64,000 nucleotides of DNA from Eledone cirrhosa (Eukaryota). The DNA is taken from the NCBI GenBank assembly GCA_964016885.1, contig OZ024743.1:261392001-261456000 (forward strand), written 5' to 3'. The translations under genes were made by a program, and so were the position numbers. Under the pieces are notes generated by a model, which saw only the letters and a program-made list of their open reading frames with translations, made no database searches and had not been told where the DNA came from. Of this stretch, positions 50,201-61,922 are shown piece by piece (within the stretch, counting starts at the first letter, position 1; each line of letters starts with the position of its first letter).

Positions 50201-53200
50201 TTTCTCTCTCAACACATGTATGCTTGCTTCATTTCTCTCCAGCCGTCGCATATCCTCTGCACTTGCTGCCCATGTCTCACTACCATGCAGCATCACGCAC
50301 CTCACACGGGCATCATATAACCGGTCTTTCGTACGCAGGGAGAAACCCTTCATCAGCAGAGGAAGCTGCTTCCTAAACTTCTTCCAACCCGTCCTTATTC
50401 TAGATACTATGGCCTCGGGACACCCACCCCCCTCCCATGCTAATCTGATCACCTATGTACGTGAAGCTATCAACGACTTCTATAGCACCCACCTGTGTCT
50501 ATTAATGCAACTTCTACTGTCAAATTTCCCTGTACATCTACTGCATACGTATTTTTCCCTACCTGTTAGTTTGCCTGCTATCCCACTACATCTCTTGTGT
50601 ACCCAAGATCTGCATTGTGTACATTTTATAGAATTTATGCCAGTTCCTTTTCTTCATATTGAACATGGCCATTTTCCTGATGGAATCAGAGTTTTATCCT
50701 CTTTTCTACTCATTAACACTTTTGTCTTAGCTAGGTTCACTCTCAGTCCTCTTGCTTCCAACTGCTGTTTCGATAGCCAGAATTTATTCTCTAGCTCCTC
50801 TACTGATTCTACTATAAGAACCAGATCGTCAGCATAGAGAAGTTCCCATGGGCAGCCAGTCTTAAACTCCTCTGTTATGGCTTGGAGGACTATAATGAAC
50901 AAGAGCAGGCTGAGGACCGAACCCTGATGTACTCCTACTTTTATCTGGAATTCCTCACTAAACTCCATTCCCACCCTGACTTTACTGACAGCACTTCTGT
51001 ACAAAGTTTGCACTGTCCTCACAAGCCATTCCTCAACACCTAGTTTCCTTAGGGACCACCAGATGACAGATCGGGGTACCCTATCAAAGCTTTCTCTAGG
51101 TCAACAAAAGCTATGTATAGTGGCTTATTCTTCTCTTTTACCTGTAACCTTTTAGAGTTTCACATCATTCTTCTGATACCTGAAACCAAGAAAAAATTAC
51201 TTAAATTATTTAAACAGAGAAGAAAATACATCCATCACACTTTGTAAAATGGTAGTGCTGGTTCCACAATAAAATGCACCCAGTACACTCTGTAAAAAAA
51301 TTGTAGTGCTGGTGTCATCATAAAATGCCCCAGTACACTGTAAAAAATTATTGGCATTAAGAAGGGCTTCAAGCCATAGAAACCATGTAAAATATAGAAC
51401 ATAAGATGTAGTTCTCCAACCTGTCTAGTCTCAGAGTGTAATGACCCATCCAACCCATGCCAGCATAAAAAGCAGACATAAAGTAATAAGGATTTTAATA
51501 GTATTATCAGATTAAGAAATATAACTAAATCATGAGAATATTAATCATTTTTTTTTGTTTTTTTTTATATTTGGTACTTTTTTCTAATATTCCAGTCAAA
51601 CCAACGAGTGTGAAGAAAGTCCAGTTGAAGATTAACAATAGTTGCATGTATTTAAAGTGGCAACATCGCTATTATAAAGACTTGTTTTACCATTTAATCT
51701 TGGAAGAAATAGGCTCAAACAAATTGGTGAGTTTTCCAAATGCTTTTATTAGAATCTTGTCGCATATTATAATAATAATGATTTCTACTATAGGCACAAG
51801 GCCAGCAATTTGGGGAGAGGGGAAAGTTAATTAAATTGACCCCAGTGCATTACTGGTGCTTTATTTTATCAACCCTGTAAGGATAAAAGGCAGAGCTAAC
51901 TCAGATAGTAAAGGGACATAACTCTATGTCGCAAAGCATAGTGTCTGACGCTCTACCGATGCTACTAAACCTCTGCCCTGCATATTATGACTGCATAGTT
52001 ACTTCATCAGTATAATTCTGTAGAGCTTCTGTTATCATAGCAGATATTTTTCACAAACTATCGCTAAAATAAATACTGGACATTAATCAAAATGGCCTTT
52101 AATTAGTGTCAAATACACTTTATTACTCCAGTCCACTCAGCTGATAAAATTGATTTGCACCTGTAGTTCAAAGAGTTGGCCTTGTCACACACTGTTTCAT
52201 ATTGAAACTTCCTGAGAATTGCATTATGAGTACACTTGTCTATGGAATGCTCTGCCACTTACGTGTTAATTTTACGAGCAGGCTGTTCCATTGTTGAACA
52301 AAAGTCCAACACAATATAGTTATTGTCACAATTTTTTTAATATTTTATTTGTCCAGCCATGTAGATTTGGGGTCTGAAACTCAAGGACACGAAAGGGCCA
52401 TTATGTTCTGTGATAGTGGCACAGTTGGTCAAAAGTGAACTCACAATGTTAATGGTCGTAATTTTTTTGCCGTTAAGCATGATGTCCAACGTTCTACTGA
52501 TACTGCCAATCAACTCGCTATAGTAACAATACCTTATATGGTTACAATATTTCATATGATCACAAAATTCTGTCAGAACGCAATATCTATATGGTCACAC
52601 TATAAATACATTGTACATAATAAGCTCCATGCCCTACGACCTTATGTCTAAAAGGATATTATTCACTCCTCTGACCACAAAGAGTAGCCTCCCTTGTATC
52701 GTGCTCTGATTCAATTTTGAAATATACTAGCAGTGTATCCCGGCGTTGCACGGGTAAGAACATTGGTAATAGCACCTTCAATGAGAGACGTTATTTTGTG
52801 GGTGCCTTTTAAAAACTCACGAAAATATACCGACAGGAAACTTGTTTTATTTGGAGAAAAGTAAGTTGAAAGTACAGTTTAGCTGTCTACGTGCATTGTT
52901 CATAGAAATATTGTTGAGCCCCTTCTTTTCATACTCCTCTGTTTTGGCCTTTTGGAGTAAATAATGTGAAAGAGAAAGTCACAGGTGAAGTTGGCAGAAG
53001 GTTCCAGTGTCATAGTAGTAAGGCGTAGGCTACTTACCTTAAAAGTTCATTCGCACGCTTTCCACTAAGTTACTCTTTTTCTCTATCACTCTCGGTGCAG
53101 TCCCTTGCGAATTTCTCGCATAGGCCTGGTGTAGATTTGGCACCCGATGCACATATCTGCTTTGTACGGCTTTTGGAGGAAGGAGTGACCAGCAGTACGT

Positions 53201-53644
53201 TGTTCGGTATTATTACGAAAAGGTGTAGCAGAGAATCCCGCGTGAACTAACAGCTCGAGAGGAAACTGCTTACCTCGAAGATTCATTCGCCATCGTTCTT
53301 GTCAACGCTCCATTTACTTGGTATTTGTTGGTCTACAGTTAGATGAATGGCGCACAAAGGGTTAATGTTTATTGGCAAGAAGTTTTTTGAATAATAAAAG
53401 ATGGGTTAAAGCGACCTACAATGTATCTGTATATATATATATATATATATATTAACCTTTTAAGGAATTACTCCAGTCCAGCCTCCTGTTATTTTATAAT
53501 AATTAACTCCGTACTCGCACCACCAACTACACAAACGAAGATGGGTGAGTTGCGTTACGTTGAGTGCTCTCCATAATATTACATCGAGGTTGACCATACG
53601 GAATGACCAGTTCTATCCAGTGGTGAACCAACAAACCTAAATAA

Positions 53645-53682
<38 letters not shown>

Positions 53683-54056
53683 GCACAGATACATATATAT
53701 ATATGTGAGTGTGTGTGTGTGTGTGTGTGTGCATATATATATATGTGTATGTATGTATATATATATATATATGTGTGTGTGTGTATTTACACATTTTTAT
53801 GTGTATATCTATATATATGTATATGTGTATATATATATATATGTGTATATGTGTTTGTATATATATATATGTGTATATGTGTTTGTATATATATATGTGT
53901 ATATGTGTTTGTATATATATATGTATAATAATAATAATAATGAAATTATTGTGTACAGTGCTCAGCTGCACTACAACTCATCAAAGGTGCATGTATAGTA
54001 CATAGAATCATGTACAAATGTCAGGAAAATAAACAGTGTATGTGTATATATATATT

Positions 54057-54116
<60 letters not shown>

Positions 54117-55932
54117 AATGTAGCAAAGATAATACGTCAGCAATGATGTGTTCGTCAGAATGTCGTTATGCAGACAGCCAGACATACAGACAGATATTAT
54201 AAGGGCTCAACGCAGATCTAACACCCCTTTAACAACAGAAAATTGAAAATGAAATACATTTTATTGGAAGTAATTACTGAAAAATTTGGAGAAATTTACT
54301 AAAATTGTTTTATACATAAGACGGTATTTGTTACATAATTTAATAAAAGGTCCATATATAAAATTATGTTGGAAGGTCTTAATTTAAATAAGAACCCTTT
54401 TAGATAGGAAGTAGTGTTTCATAGGATCAGAGGTAGTTTTGGGTGGGTTGGTATTAAAAGGGTTAAGATAGAAAAAAGAGTTATGTCCTATGTGAATGTT
54501 ATATTTTTCTCTTTCTCAAGTTGACTTTAATTTATTTTTTCCAGAATTTTTCTGTGGAAGAAACAAAGTTTTCCTACTGTGAACTTGATCCTTTTATGAA
54601 ATATAAGCTACAAATTTATGCATTACCTAAATTTCAGTGGGAATTAGGCTTGCACAGTGAACCTTATGTTGAATCATTTATTTCAAATAAAAGTAGTAAG
54701 TAATATTATTTCATTATAAATGGTAAGCAAAAATTTAAACAGATTTTCTAAGAGGAATCAGATGTAGTGTGGAAGGGCAAAAACTGTGCTGGTATTGACA
54801 CATGATGTGCTTGGATGATGATCTCTGAGTGAAGAAGTGACAAGCACTGAAGCTCACAAAGGAGATGGTGAAGGAACATAAATGAAGAAATACTGCACTG
54901 GAAAAGACCTGTCCTATCTATATAGGCATGGAACAGCAGATGATGATAATGTACATGATGAATATTGTACTATATACCTATAGAGGGGTCTAATCCCAAA
55001 ATAAATAAAAGTAATGACAGACTATCTTACTGTTGGTGTACACCAACAATACACTGCTAAAGTAGAGGTTGGCCTTATGTCTTTTCCTGACTCATTTTGA
55101 GGCAAATTCTCTTAGTCAGCTTTAAATTATCTCCATGAAAATACTGGGCTAATGATGTAATACCAGTGGTCTAATTGTCTGTAAAATCTCTGTCAGCGGC
55201 TTCCAGTTCTTTGCAAACTTTGACAATAAACGACTGTGTCACTTTCAGGAAGTGAGTAATCTCTAAATCACTATGTTCTGCCTTTAAGGTAACAATTACA
55301 CCATGCCTTTTCATTTGCTGAGTTAGTTTGATGTCTGTCATCATTCATCTGAAAAGAAATGATGATCAAAATAACTGCAACGGTGACAGAGAAAATTAGC
55401 TAAACTAAATTGAGAAGGAGTCAATATTTGACATTTTAATCAGTTTGTATTACTATTACTCTGTTTTCAGTTCCTAAACACTCACCTTGGATTACTAATG
55501 GTTCTTTTGAAAGGGATTATTCAGATGATCATTCTGTAACATTGTTCTGGAAGGTAAATTGTTAAAACACAACTATAGACTCTTATTTCTTTTATTATCA
55601 TCATCATCATCACCGTTTTACGTCCGTTCTTCCATGCTAGCATGGGTTAGACGGGTTATCCTGTTGTGGGCAGTGTCTGGTTGGCTGACCATACCTTGCG
55701 CATACAGGAACTGATTTTGGCTTGATTTCTACAGCTGGATGCCCTTCCTAACACCAACCTCATTTACAGTGAGTGCTGGGTGCTTTTTTCCGTGGCGCCT
55801 ACACATTCACTTTACAGTGTGGGCTGGGTGCTTTTTTGCCGTGGCACCTCCACGACCACTTTACAGTGGGAGGGTGTGGGGGCATATTGTCTATATGCTT
55901 CAGCTTGTACCCATGGGAAGTTGAGTACTCTT

Positions 55933-55972
<40 letters not shown>

Positions 55973-58900
55973 TAGGGAGACACCAAGCAGGCTTTGTTTA
56001 GAAACAGCTAGCGAATTTGAAAATTAGGTAGTAACATGTGTTTATGTCGTTTTTGACTAAATAGAATTAGTCTGTTAGTCGGGTTTTTAAGAAGCCCCTC
56101 TGAATGGAAAAAAGGATGAATATTGATGTACATGAGACACAAACCCACATCTTTGGTTTGCCGGACAAATGTGTTACCATTACACCAACACGTCACCCAT
56201 GCTTCCTTCTATTCAATTAGAAGGTATATAACCATAGCAGGTATATAAATATGTATATAAATAGGGAGACACAAAGATGTGGGTTCGTGTCGCATGTCCG
56301 ATTTTAAAATCCCAACTAAGAGACTAATTCTATGAAGTCAAATATGGCAAAGCACAAGTTACTACCTTATATATATATATATATATGAAAGCAAGTTTTT
56401 TTTGTTTTTTTTTTTAAAGACAGGGAGCGAAGTATGAAATTGAGTTAGAAATAGAAGCTTTCGCTGTATTTTCAATAAAGAAAATTAGCCTGATAGTGGG
56501 GTTTCAAACACTCTAAATGGAAAAGGATGAGTATTGACGTACATGGGAGTCGAACCCACATCTTTGGTAGCACATTAGTTTGGATAACCAAACGTGTGGG
56601 TTCAACTCCCATGTATGTCAATACTCATCCTTTTCCATTTAGAGGGTTTTAAACCCCACTATCAGGCTAATTTTCTTTAGTCAAAATACAGCGAAAGATT
56701 CTATTTCTAACTCAATTTCATATATATATACGAGGTGTGTCAGAAAAGTTCCAGGATTGATGTCACAAAAGATTTATTTCAAACCCAAACTTCACACTAA
56801 GAGTTTTCTCCTTCAAAGTAATCCCCCTGGAGTCTAATGCACTTTTCCATCCTTTTCTGCCACGCTTGCATGCATTCCTGGAAGGATTCTTCCAGGATCC
56901 TCTGCAGTTCCGTTGTCACAGCCTTTTTGATGTCGTCCACGTCTTCAAAACGGGTCCCCTCCGGGTCGTACTCGAAGATCCATGACTCATCACCGGTGAT
57001 AACTGTCCCTAGCAAGTCTGGTTCGGTTTCAAGACGCTCGAGGATGTCCTGGCACACTTGCTTGCCTCGACCCTTCTGGTCATTGTTCAGCAGTTTTGGC
57101 ACCATCTTCGCGGAGACTTTCTGCATGTCCAAATCTTCAGTGAGAATCTTCCAGACACTGTCCCGATTCATGCCCAGCTCATTTGGCATCAGTCGAACAG
57201 TCAGCCGACGATCGCTACGCACCATCTACCTGACGCGCTCAACATTGACCTCAGTCCTGGTTGTTGAGGGCTTTCCGCTCCTGGGGTCATCTTGCCCCAC
57301 TCAAAAACACGTGAGCGTTACATCGTCTCATTTCCATACACTTGCTGCAGCAATCCCAGTGCTTCTGACGGAGTTTTCCCCAACCGTACCAGAAACTTCA
57401 AGTTTGTTTGTTGCTCTGTGCTCATTGCTTGACGACCTGAAACAGAGGACATGTATATAAAATTATGAAGAAAAAAGTTTGATTGCTGCAGAGAGCTAAG
57501 ATTACAGTTACATATTCCAGGGGGATTACTTTGAAGGAGAAAACTCTTAGTGTGAAGTTTGGGTTTTAAATAAATCTTTTGTGACATCAGTCCTGGAACT
57601 TTTCTGACACACCTCGTATATACACACACATATATACATACATGAATATATATATATATATACACACATAAATTATACAAAAAAATCCTTTTCATATATC
57701 TAGTTGAGAAACAGCCTGTATAATGTACATACAAGGATGTATCAAAAAGTTTCTGGACTAGTCCTGTAGCGCGCCAACAGATGGCAACACACAGTTGAAT
57801 GCTCAGTGAGAGCTAGCAGTGACCTTCATGCACTAGTGTTTGCTTCCCAAGTTGTGAAGTTTGTGTTTTGTGACTACGTATATGCTGTAGCCTGTGATTT
57901 TGTCATGAACAGGAAGTTGGAATGAAGAACCAACATCAAATTTTGCGTTCAACTTGGGAAGTCTGCTACAGAGACATTGAGCATGCTTCAGCAAGCTTAC
58001 GGCGATGAGATAATGGGTTGTACGCAATGTTATAAGTGGCATGAGTGCTTCAAAAGTGGAAGAACGTCCATAGAAGACAAGTGATCTGGAAGACCTGCCA
58101 TGAGTGTCACCTCTGGAAATATAAAGAAAATTAACCAGATGTGCATGAGGATCGTCGGAGGACAATCAACAATATTGCTGATGTAATTGGTCTGTCATAT
58201 GGGTCTGTGCAGGCAATCCTAATGTATGAATTGAACATGCAGCACGTCATTGCCAAATTTGTCCCTCACCTGCTGACCACTAAGCATAAAGAACATCGCG
58301 TCAAAGTCTGTCAAGATCTCCATTAGTGTGCCACTGATGACCCATCCTTCATGTCGAGGATCATCTCTGGTGATGAGAGTTGGGTTTATGGGTACAACCC
58401 TGAGACGAAGCAGCAGTCAACACAGTGGAAAGCCCTTCATCTCCATGGTCGAAGAAGGCTCAACAGAGCCACAGCTCAAACAAGAGCATGCTCATCGTTT
58501 TTTTCAACATCCATGGTACTGTGAATCAAGAATTTGTCCTCCAGGGCCAGAGTTCTACTGCAACATTTTGAGGTGTTTGAGGGAGGACGTTTAGCAAAAG
58601 CAACCGGATCTGTGAAGCTCAAAGAAAAGGATTCTTCATGATAACAATGCACCCTGTCACTGAGCTCCCCTCACTCATGAGTTTCTCACTAAAAACAACA
58701 TTGTACTGCTTCCACACCCGCCCTATTTGCCAGATTTAGCACCTGCAGACTTCCATTTCTTCTCCAAGCTGAAAATGCAGCTCAAAGGTCACCATTGTAA
58801 TACTGTTGCTGAGATCCAGAGCGAATCGCAAAAGGTCCTTGACTCACTTATGGAAAACGACTTCCAAGCCGGATTCAAAATGTGGCAGGAATGGTAGAAC

Positions 58901-61900
58901 CGGTGTATTGCTGCACAAGGTGACTGTTTCGAAGGAGATTATGTTAAAACTTTGGTAAATATATTAGTTTTTTTAAACATAACTAGTCCGGGAACTTTTT
59001 TATACCACCTCATACATATAGAATGACAATAAACGTACTCACTTAAAAAAAGAATCAAGCCAAAATTGTCCAAAGTTCACCTATAAGTGCTTATTATATA
59101 TATCTCACTCTGTACATTAACTAGTTACCTTCCTAAGTAAGACAATTGAATAAAACCGCATGGTGTTAAGCTAACATCTTTTAGTTAATGAGATATATAT
59201 AGTAAGACCTTAAGCAACTTATAGTTGAGCTTTGGACAATTTTGACTTAATTCTTTTTTTAAGAGTGTACATTTATTATTTGTCATTCTATATGTATATA
59301 CATAATACTAGCTGTTTCTCAACTAGATATATGAAAAGGATATTTTTGTATATCGTTTAAATTTGTATAAATTATGCTCTGAGCTTAATGTTCATTGAAC
59401 TTTCCTTGTTGAGTAACATAATCAATATACATTTTATATATAGAGATTTAACCTAATAAAAAATATATAAAGTATTTAAAGAAAATCAATCTACTTTCAT
59501 TAAAAACAGATTTTAATCACTTACAATTGTTTCAGATACATTCTATAAGTCTGTCTCCTTTGAGAATTGATATATATTTGATATATATATATATGTGTGT
59601 GTATAGAAAATAACTGTAAGTACAGTCAGTTGCTATAATATAGCTTATAAAATAGGGTAAAGACCCTTAGAGATGAATGTTGTCTTTTTCTGTCTGTAAA
59701 GATCTTTATGCTATTTTATAGCAACTGACTGTACTTGCAGTTATTTTCTGCACTTGAGCATCCTACATTTTCTATAAACTTTATTATCTCAGCGCCTTGT
59801 AAGTTTGAAAGTTCGAGCTTCGTGCACTATGTTTATAATTATATATATAGAGAGAGAGATAAATAGAAAGTGAAGAGTGATGAGAGGAAGGAACAGGGAA
59901 AAATGAGGAAAAAACACGCGTGTGTATTCAGTCAGCCATCTTATATATAGTAATGATAAATACAATGACCAAAATTCGAAAAGGGCTTGATAAGGATTGT
60001 ATATATATATATATATAAGAATATATAAATCTGTTGAGCAAATGTTTATTATTAGAACAGATTAAAATTTAAGCAAAGAATTTCTGCTTTCACCCTAAAC
60101 AGGATATTCTGGAAATGAGAAAAATTTATCTGTAGACGCAGAAGTAAATATTTCAAAAAAGGTTATGACCAAATATTGCCTTTAGACAGCAGGAAAACGT
60201 AACGGTAGCATGTGATGATGTTCTCATGAGATGGGTGAAATATATGCAAGGATAATTACATCATTATGTGGAGCGAGAAGAAGAAATTTTTGCTATGGAA
60301 AAAACATATTTTTACTATTAAAAAATCAGGAGACTAATATTTGTTTTAAAATAGCCAAATGATTTCCAACTACCATATATGGAAAATGATGTTAATAAAA
60401 GTAAAATGATTAAACATAAAAAATAAAGATATTATTAATCTGTTGACTGCTGCATATATTTTACACACCTACAGTTGCTGTGCCGGTTTTTTTCCAGTAA
60501 AATGACTATTTTTTAAAACAAACATTTATTAACAACACATATCTGAATGATTGACAAACGTCACATCAATAAACTAGTAACGCCATCTAGCTTTGAAGTT
60601 ATGAACTGTTGGAAAAGAGTTCAAACATGTTAGGATAAGTTATCTCATCCGTGGCACTGGAATGCATACATGTTAGGACGAGTTATCTCGTCTACGGCAC
60701 TGAAGATGTTAATAGTAAAAGAAAAAATAATAATGAGAAAATTCAGATAAGTGTGTGCTGACCAGTGTGGATGCATGTATATGTATATACATGGGTGTAT
60801 AATTTTTATACATTATATCTTCGCTTATACATGCATCCACACCAGTCAGTGCACCTAGAAAGTTCCCCTCCGAGGCACAAGTCCAGGCAAGGTTGTTTGT
60901 GGAAGACCAGCAGTTGCCCATGTATACCAGTCATCCCTCTCTATATCATTGATGTTGTCCAAGAGTAAGGCCATGGCTAATACAGCTTGGCATCAGTGAC
61001 ATCGCAACCCATTTCAACAGCTGAGGGAACTGGAGCAATGTTAAATAAGTGTCTTGCTCAAGAACACAACACACAGCCCAGTCTGGGAATCAAACTTATA
61101 ACCTAACAATTCTAAACCCAATGTTATACCCATTAAGCCATGCGCCTATATATATATATAGATAGGCACACATATACATATCTGTTTATATTTATATACA
61201 TACATGCAGATACAACTATACACACATCACCACACACTTATCTATGTATACACATATCCATCCACATGCACATATACTCACACATACAAAGAATATGTAT
61301 CAAATGTATACACAAATATATATATACATAATCAGGTGCAATTATAGTTGAATATAAGCCAAGGAATATGTGACCCCAAAAAATCAATGGTAGAAGGTAG
61401 GGACGTCTTATATTCAGGATCAATATTTTGACGCTTTTCACCAACTTCAATTTCTACGTAAATATGGTTTGGATTTTTGCATTTTTTTCAGACATAGTGG
61501 GATCGGTTTATATTTGAGTATATACAGTATATATGTATACACATATGCATCCACATGCTCATATATTCAGACATACAAAGAATATGTTTCCCATATACAC
61601 AAATATACATACACATGCGACACAAGCATATAATTTTCAAATGTATCTAAGTATATAGTATAAAAACAAAAAAGTCCTTCAATGGAAACTCATTTTTCTG
61701 TCTTTCTTTCTTGCCAGTGCCTAAAGAGACAAGAATTTGGAGATGAATATGTTCAATATCTTGTTGAGAATGAAAGACTAAATATAACAGTTTTTCAGAA
61801 CAGATTGAAGCTAAAATTATCATTAAATACAAGCAATTGTGAAACTATAAAGATCTGGGCTAAGAACTCAATTGGTCAATCTCAATTTCCAACATCTCTT

Positions 61901-61922
61901 TGTATTTGTGACAAATCAAAAG
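41151..61922 (+). CDS. Class I cytokine receptor, gp130/Domeless-like (signal peptide, Ig, cytokine-binding FN3 pair, further FN3); spliced, 3' end outside the window
   Basis: Eight exons with AG/GT borders and compatible phases (1,1,2,1,0,1,0,1) give a stop-free 1198-nt CDS: 41151-41214, 44000-44257, 45993-46125, 47670-47842, 51596-51726, 54545-54695, 55471-55553, 61718-61922. Confidence 0.88.
42654..42875. mobile_element. piggyBac-like MITE with TTAA TSD; relatives at about 25795, 35910, 45727-45935, 46160-46304 and 54225-54465
   Basis: TTAA|CCCTTTAGCATTTA ... TAAATGCTAAAGGG|TTAA. Confidence 0.8.
42906..43710 (-). mobile_element. RTE-clade LINE RT fragment (intronic, antisense)
   Basis: [54 protein letters not shown] and [12 protein letters not shown]. 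Confidence 0.92.
44000..44257 (+). CDS. Receptor exon: Ig-like domain
   Basis: [32 protein letters not shown]; phase 1-1; CCAG / GTAAGT borders. Confidence 0.9.
45993..46125 (+). CDS. Receptor exon: first half of cytokine-binding FN3 domain 1
   Basis: [28 protein letters not shown] carries the C-x9-C-x-W signature; CCAG / GTAAGT borders. Not in the ORF track. Confidence 0.9.
47670..47842 (+). CDS. Receptor exon: second half of FN3 domain 1
   Basis: [26 protein letters not shown]; TGTAG / GTAAGA borders; phase 2-1 fits the neighbouring exons. Confidence 0.75.
48100..49895 (-). mobile_element. RTE-clade LINE, 5'-truncated (RT, Cys-rich region, C-terminus, 3' UTR, (ATG)n tail)
   Basis: [47 protein letters not shown] and RRLRWYGHV; (CAT)n at 48100. 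Confidence 0.95.
49896..51140 (-). mobile_element. Second RTE-clade LINE (different subfamily) in tandem with the previous copy
   Basis: [19 protein letters not shown] and [12 protein letters not shown]; its own (CAT)n tail at about 49897. Confidence 0.92.
51596..51726 (+). CDS. Receptor exon: first half of FN3 domain 2
   Basis: [24 protein letters not shown]; TCCAG / GTGAGT borders. Confidence 0.85.
52727..52754 (-). mobile_element. Helitron 3' terminus (GC hairpin then CTAG)
   Basis: Sense CCCGTGCAACGCCGGG hairpin, 8 nt, then CTAG followed by T. The 5' extent is not determined. Confidence 0.65.
53650..54118. repeat. Compound (TA)n/(TG)n microsatellite region
   Basis: Direct observation. 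Confidence 0.95.
54545..54695 (+). CDS. Receptor exon: second half of FN3 domain 2 with degenerate WSXWS position
   Basis: [24 protein letters not shown]; CCAG / GTAAGT borders. Confidence 0.88.
55471..55553 (+). CDS. Receptor exon: start of FN3 domain 3
   Basis: [28 protein letters not shown]; TTTTCAG / GTAAAT borders. Not in the ORF track. Confidence 0.85.
56026..56367. repeat. Diverged foldback element abutting (TA)n
   Basis: AGGTAGTAAC..ATAGAATTAGTCT / AGACTAATTCTAT..GTTACTACCT and AACCCACATCTTTG / CAAAGATGTGGGTT. Confidence 0.8.
56433..56722. repeat. Foldback element, about 135-bp arms with a loop of about 20 nt, abutting (TA)n; related to 56026-56367
   Basis: TATGAAATTGAGTTAGAAATAGAA... 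versus ...TTCTATTTCTAACTCAATTTCATA. Confidence 0.92.
56731..57616 (-). mobile_element. Internally deleted mariner with extended inverted repeats (about 100 bp), TA TSD
   Basis: TA|CGAGGTGTGTCAGAAAAGTTCC ... GGAACTTTTCTGACACACCTCG|[23 protein letters not shown] and [15 protein letters not shown] joined directly to GTRFEDV..GDYFEG. Confidence 0.95.
57667..59376. repeat. Foldback element whose left arm is split by the 57732-59012 mariner
   Basis: Removing the mariner and one TA restores CTAGTTGAGAAACAGCCTGTATAATGTACATACATATAGAATGACA, the near reverse complement of 59281-59326. Confidence 0.85.
57732..59012 (+). mobile_element. Full-length but degenerate mariner, TA TSD
   Basis: TIRs CAAGGATGTATCAAAAAGTTTCTGGACTAGT / ACTAGTCCGGGAACTTTTTTATACCACCTCA. 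Remnants [31 protein letters not shown] and [13 protein letters not shown]. Confidence 0.92.
59605..59749. repeat. Foldback element with 40-bp arms next to TA/TG repeats; a similar small foldback lies at 46471-46579
   Basis: AGAAAATAACTGTAAGTACAGTCAGTTGCTATAA / TTATAGCAACTGACTGTACTTGCAGTTATTTTCT. Confidence 0.88.
61718..61922 (+). CDS. Receptor exon: remainder of FN3 domain 3
   Basis: [28 protein letters not shown], resembling the A-x-NS-x-G-x-S strand of gp130-family D4; GCCAG / GTTAGT borders. Confidence 0.85.

Noticed and set aside
52760-53390. Possible decayed piggyBac transposase fragment next to the Helitron end
   Set aside because: Only faint similarity across several frames; needs a profile search.
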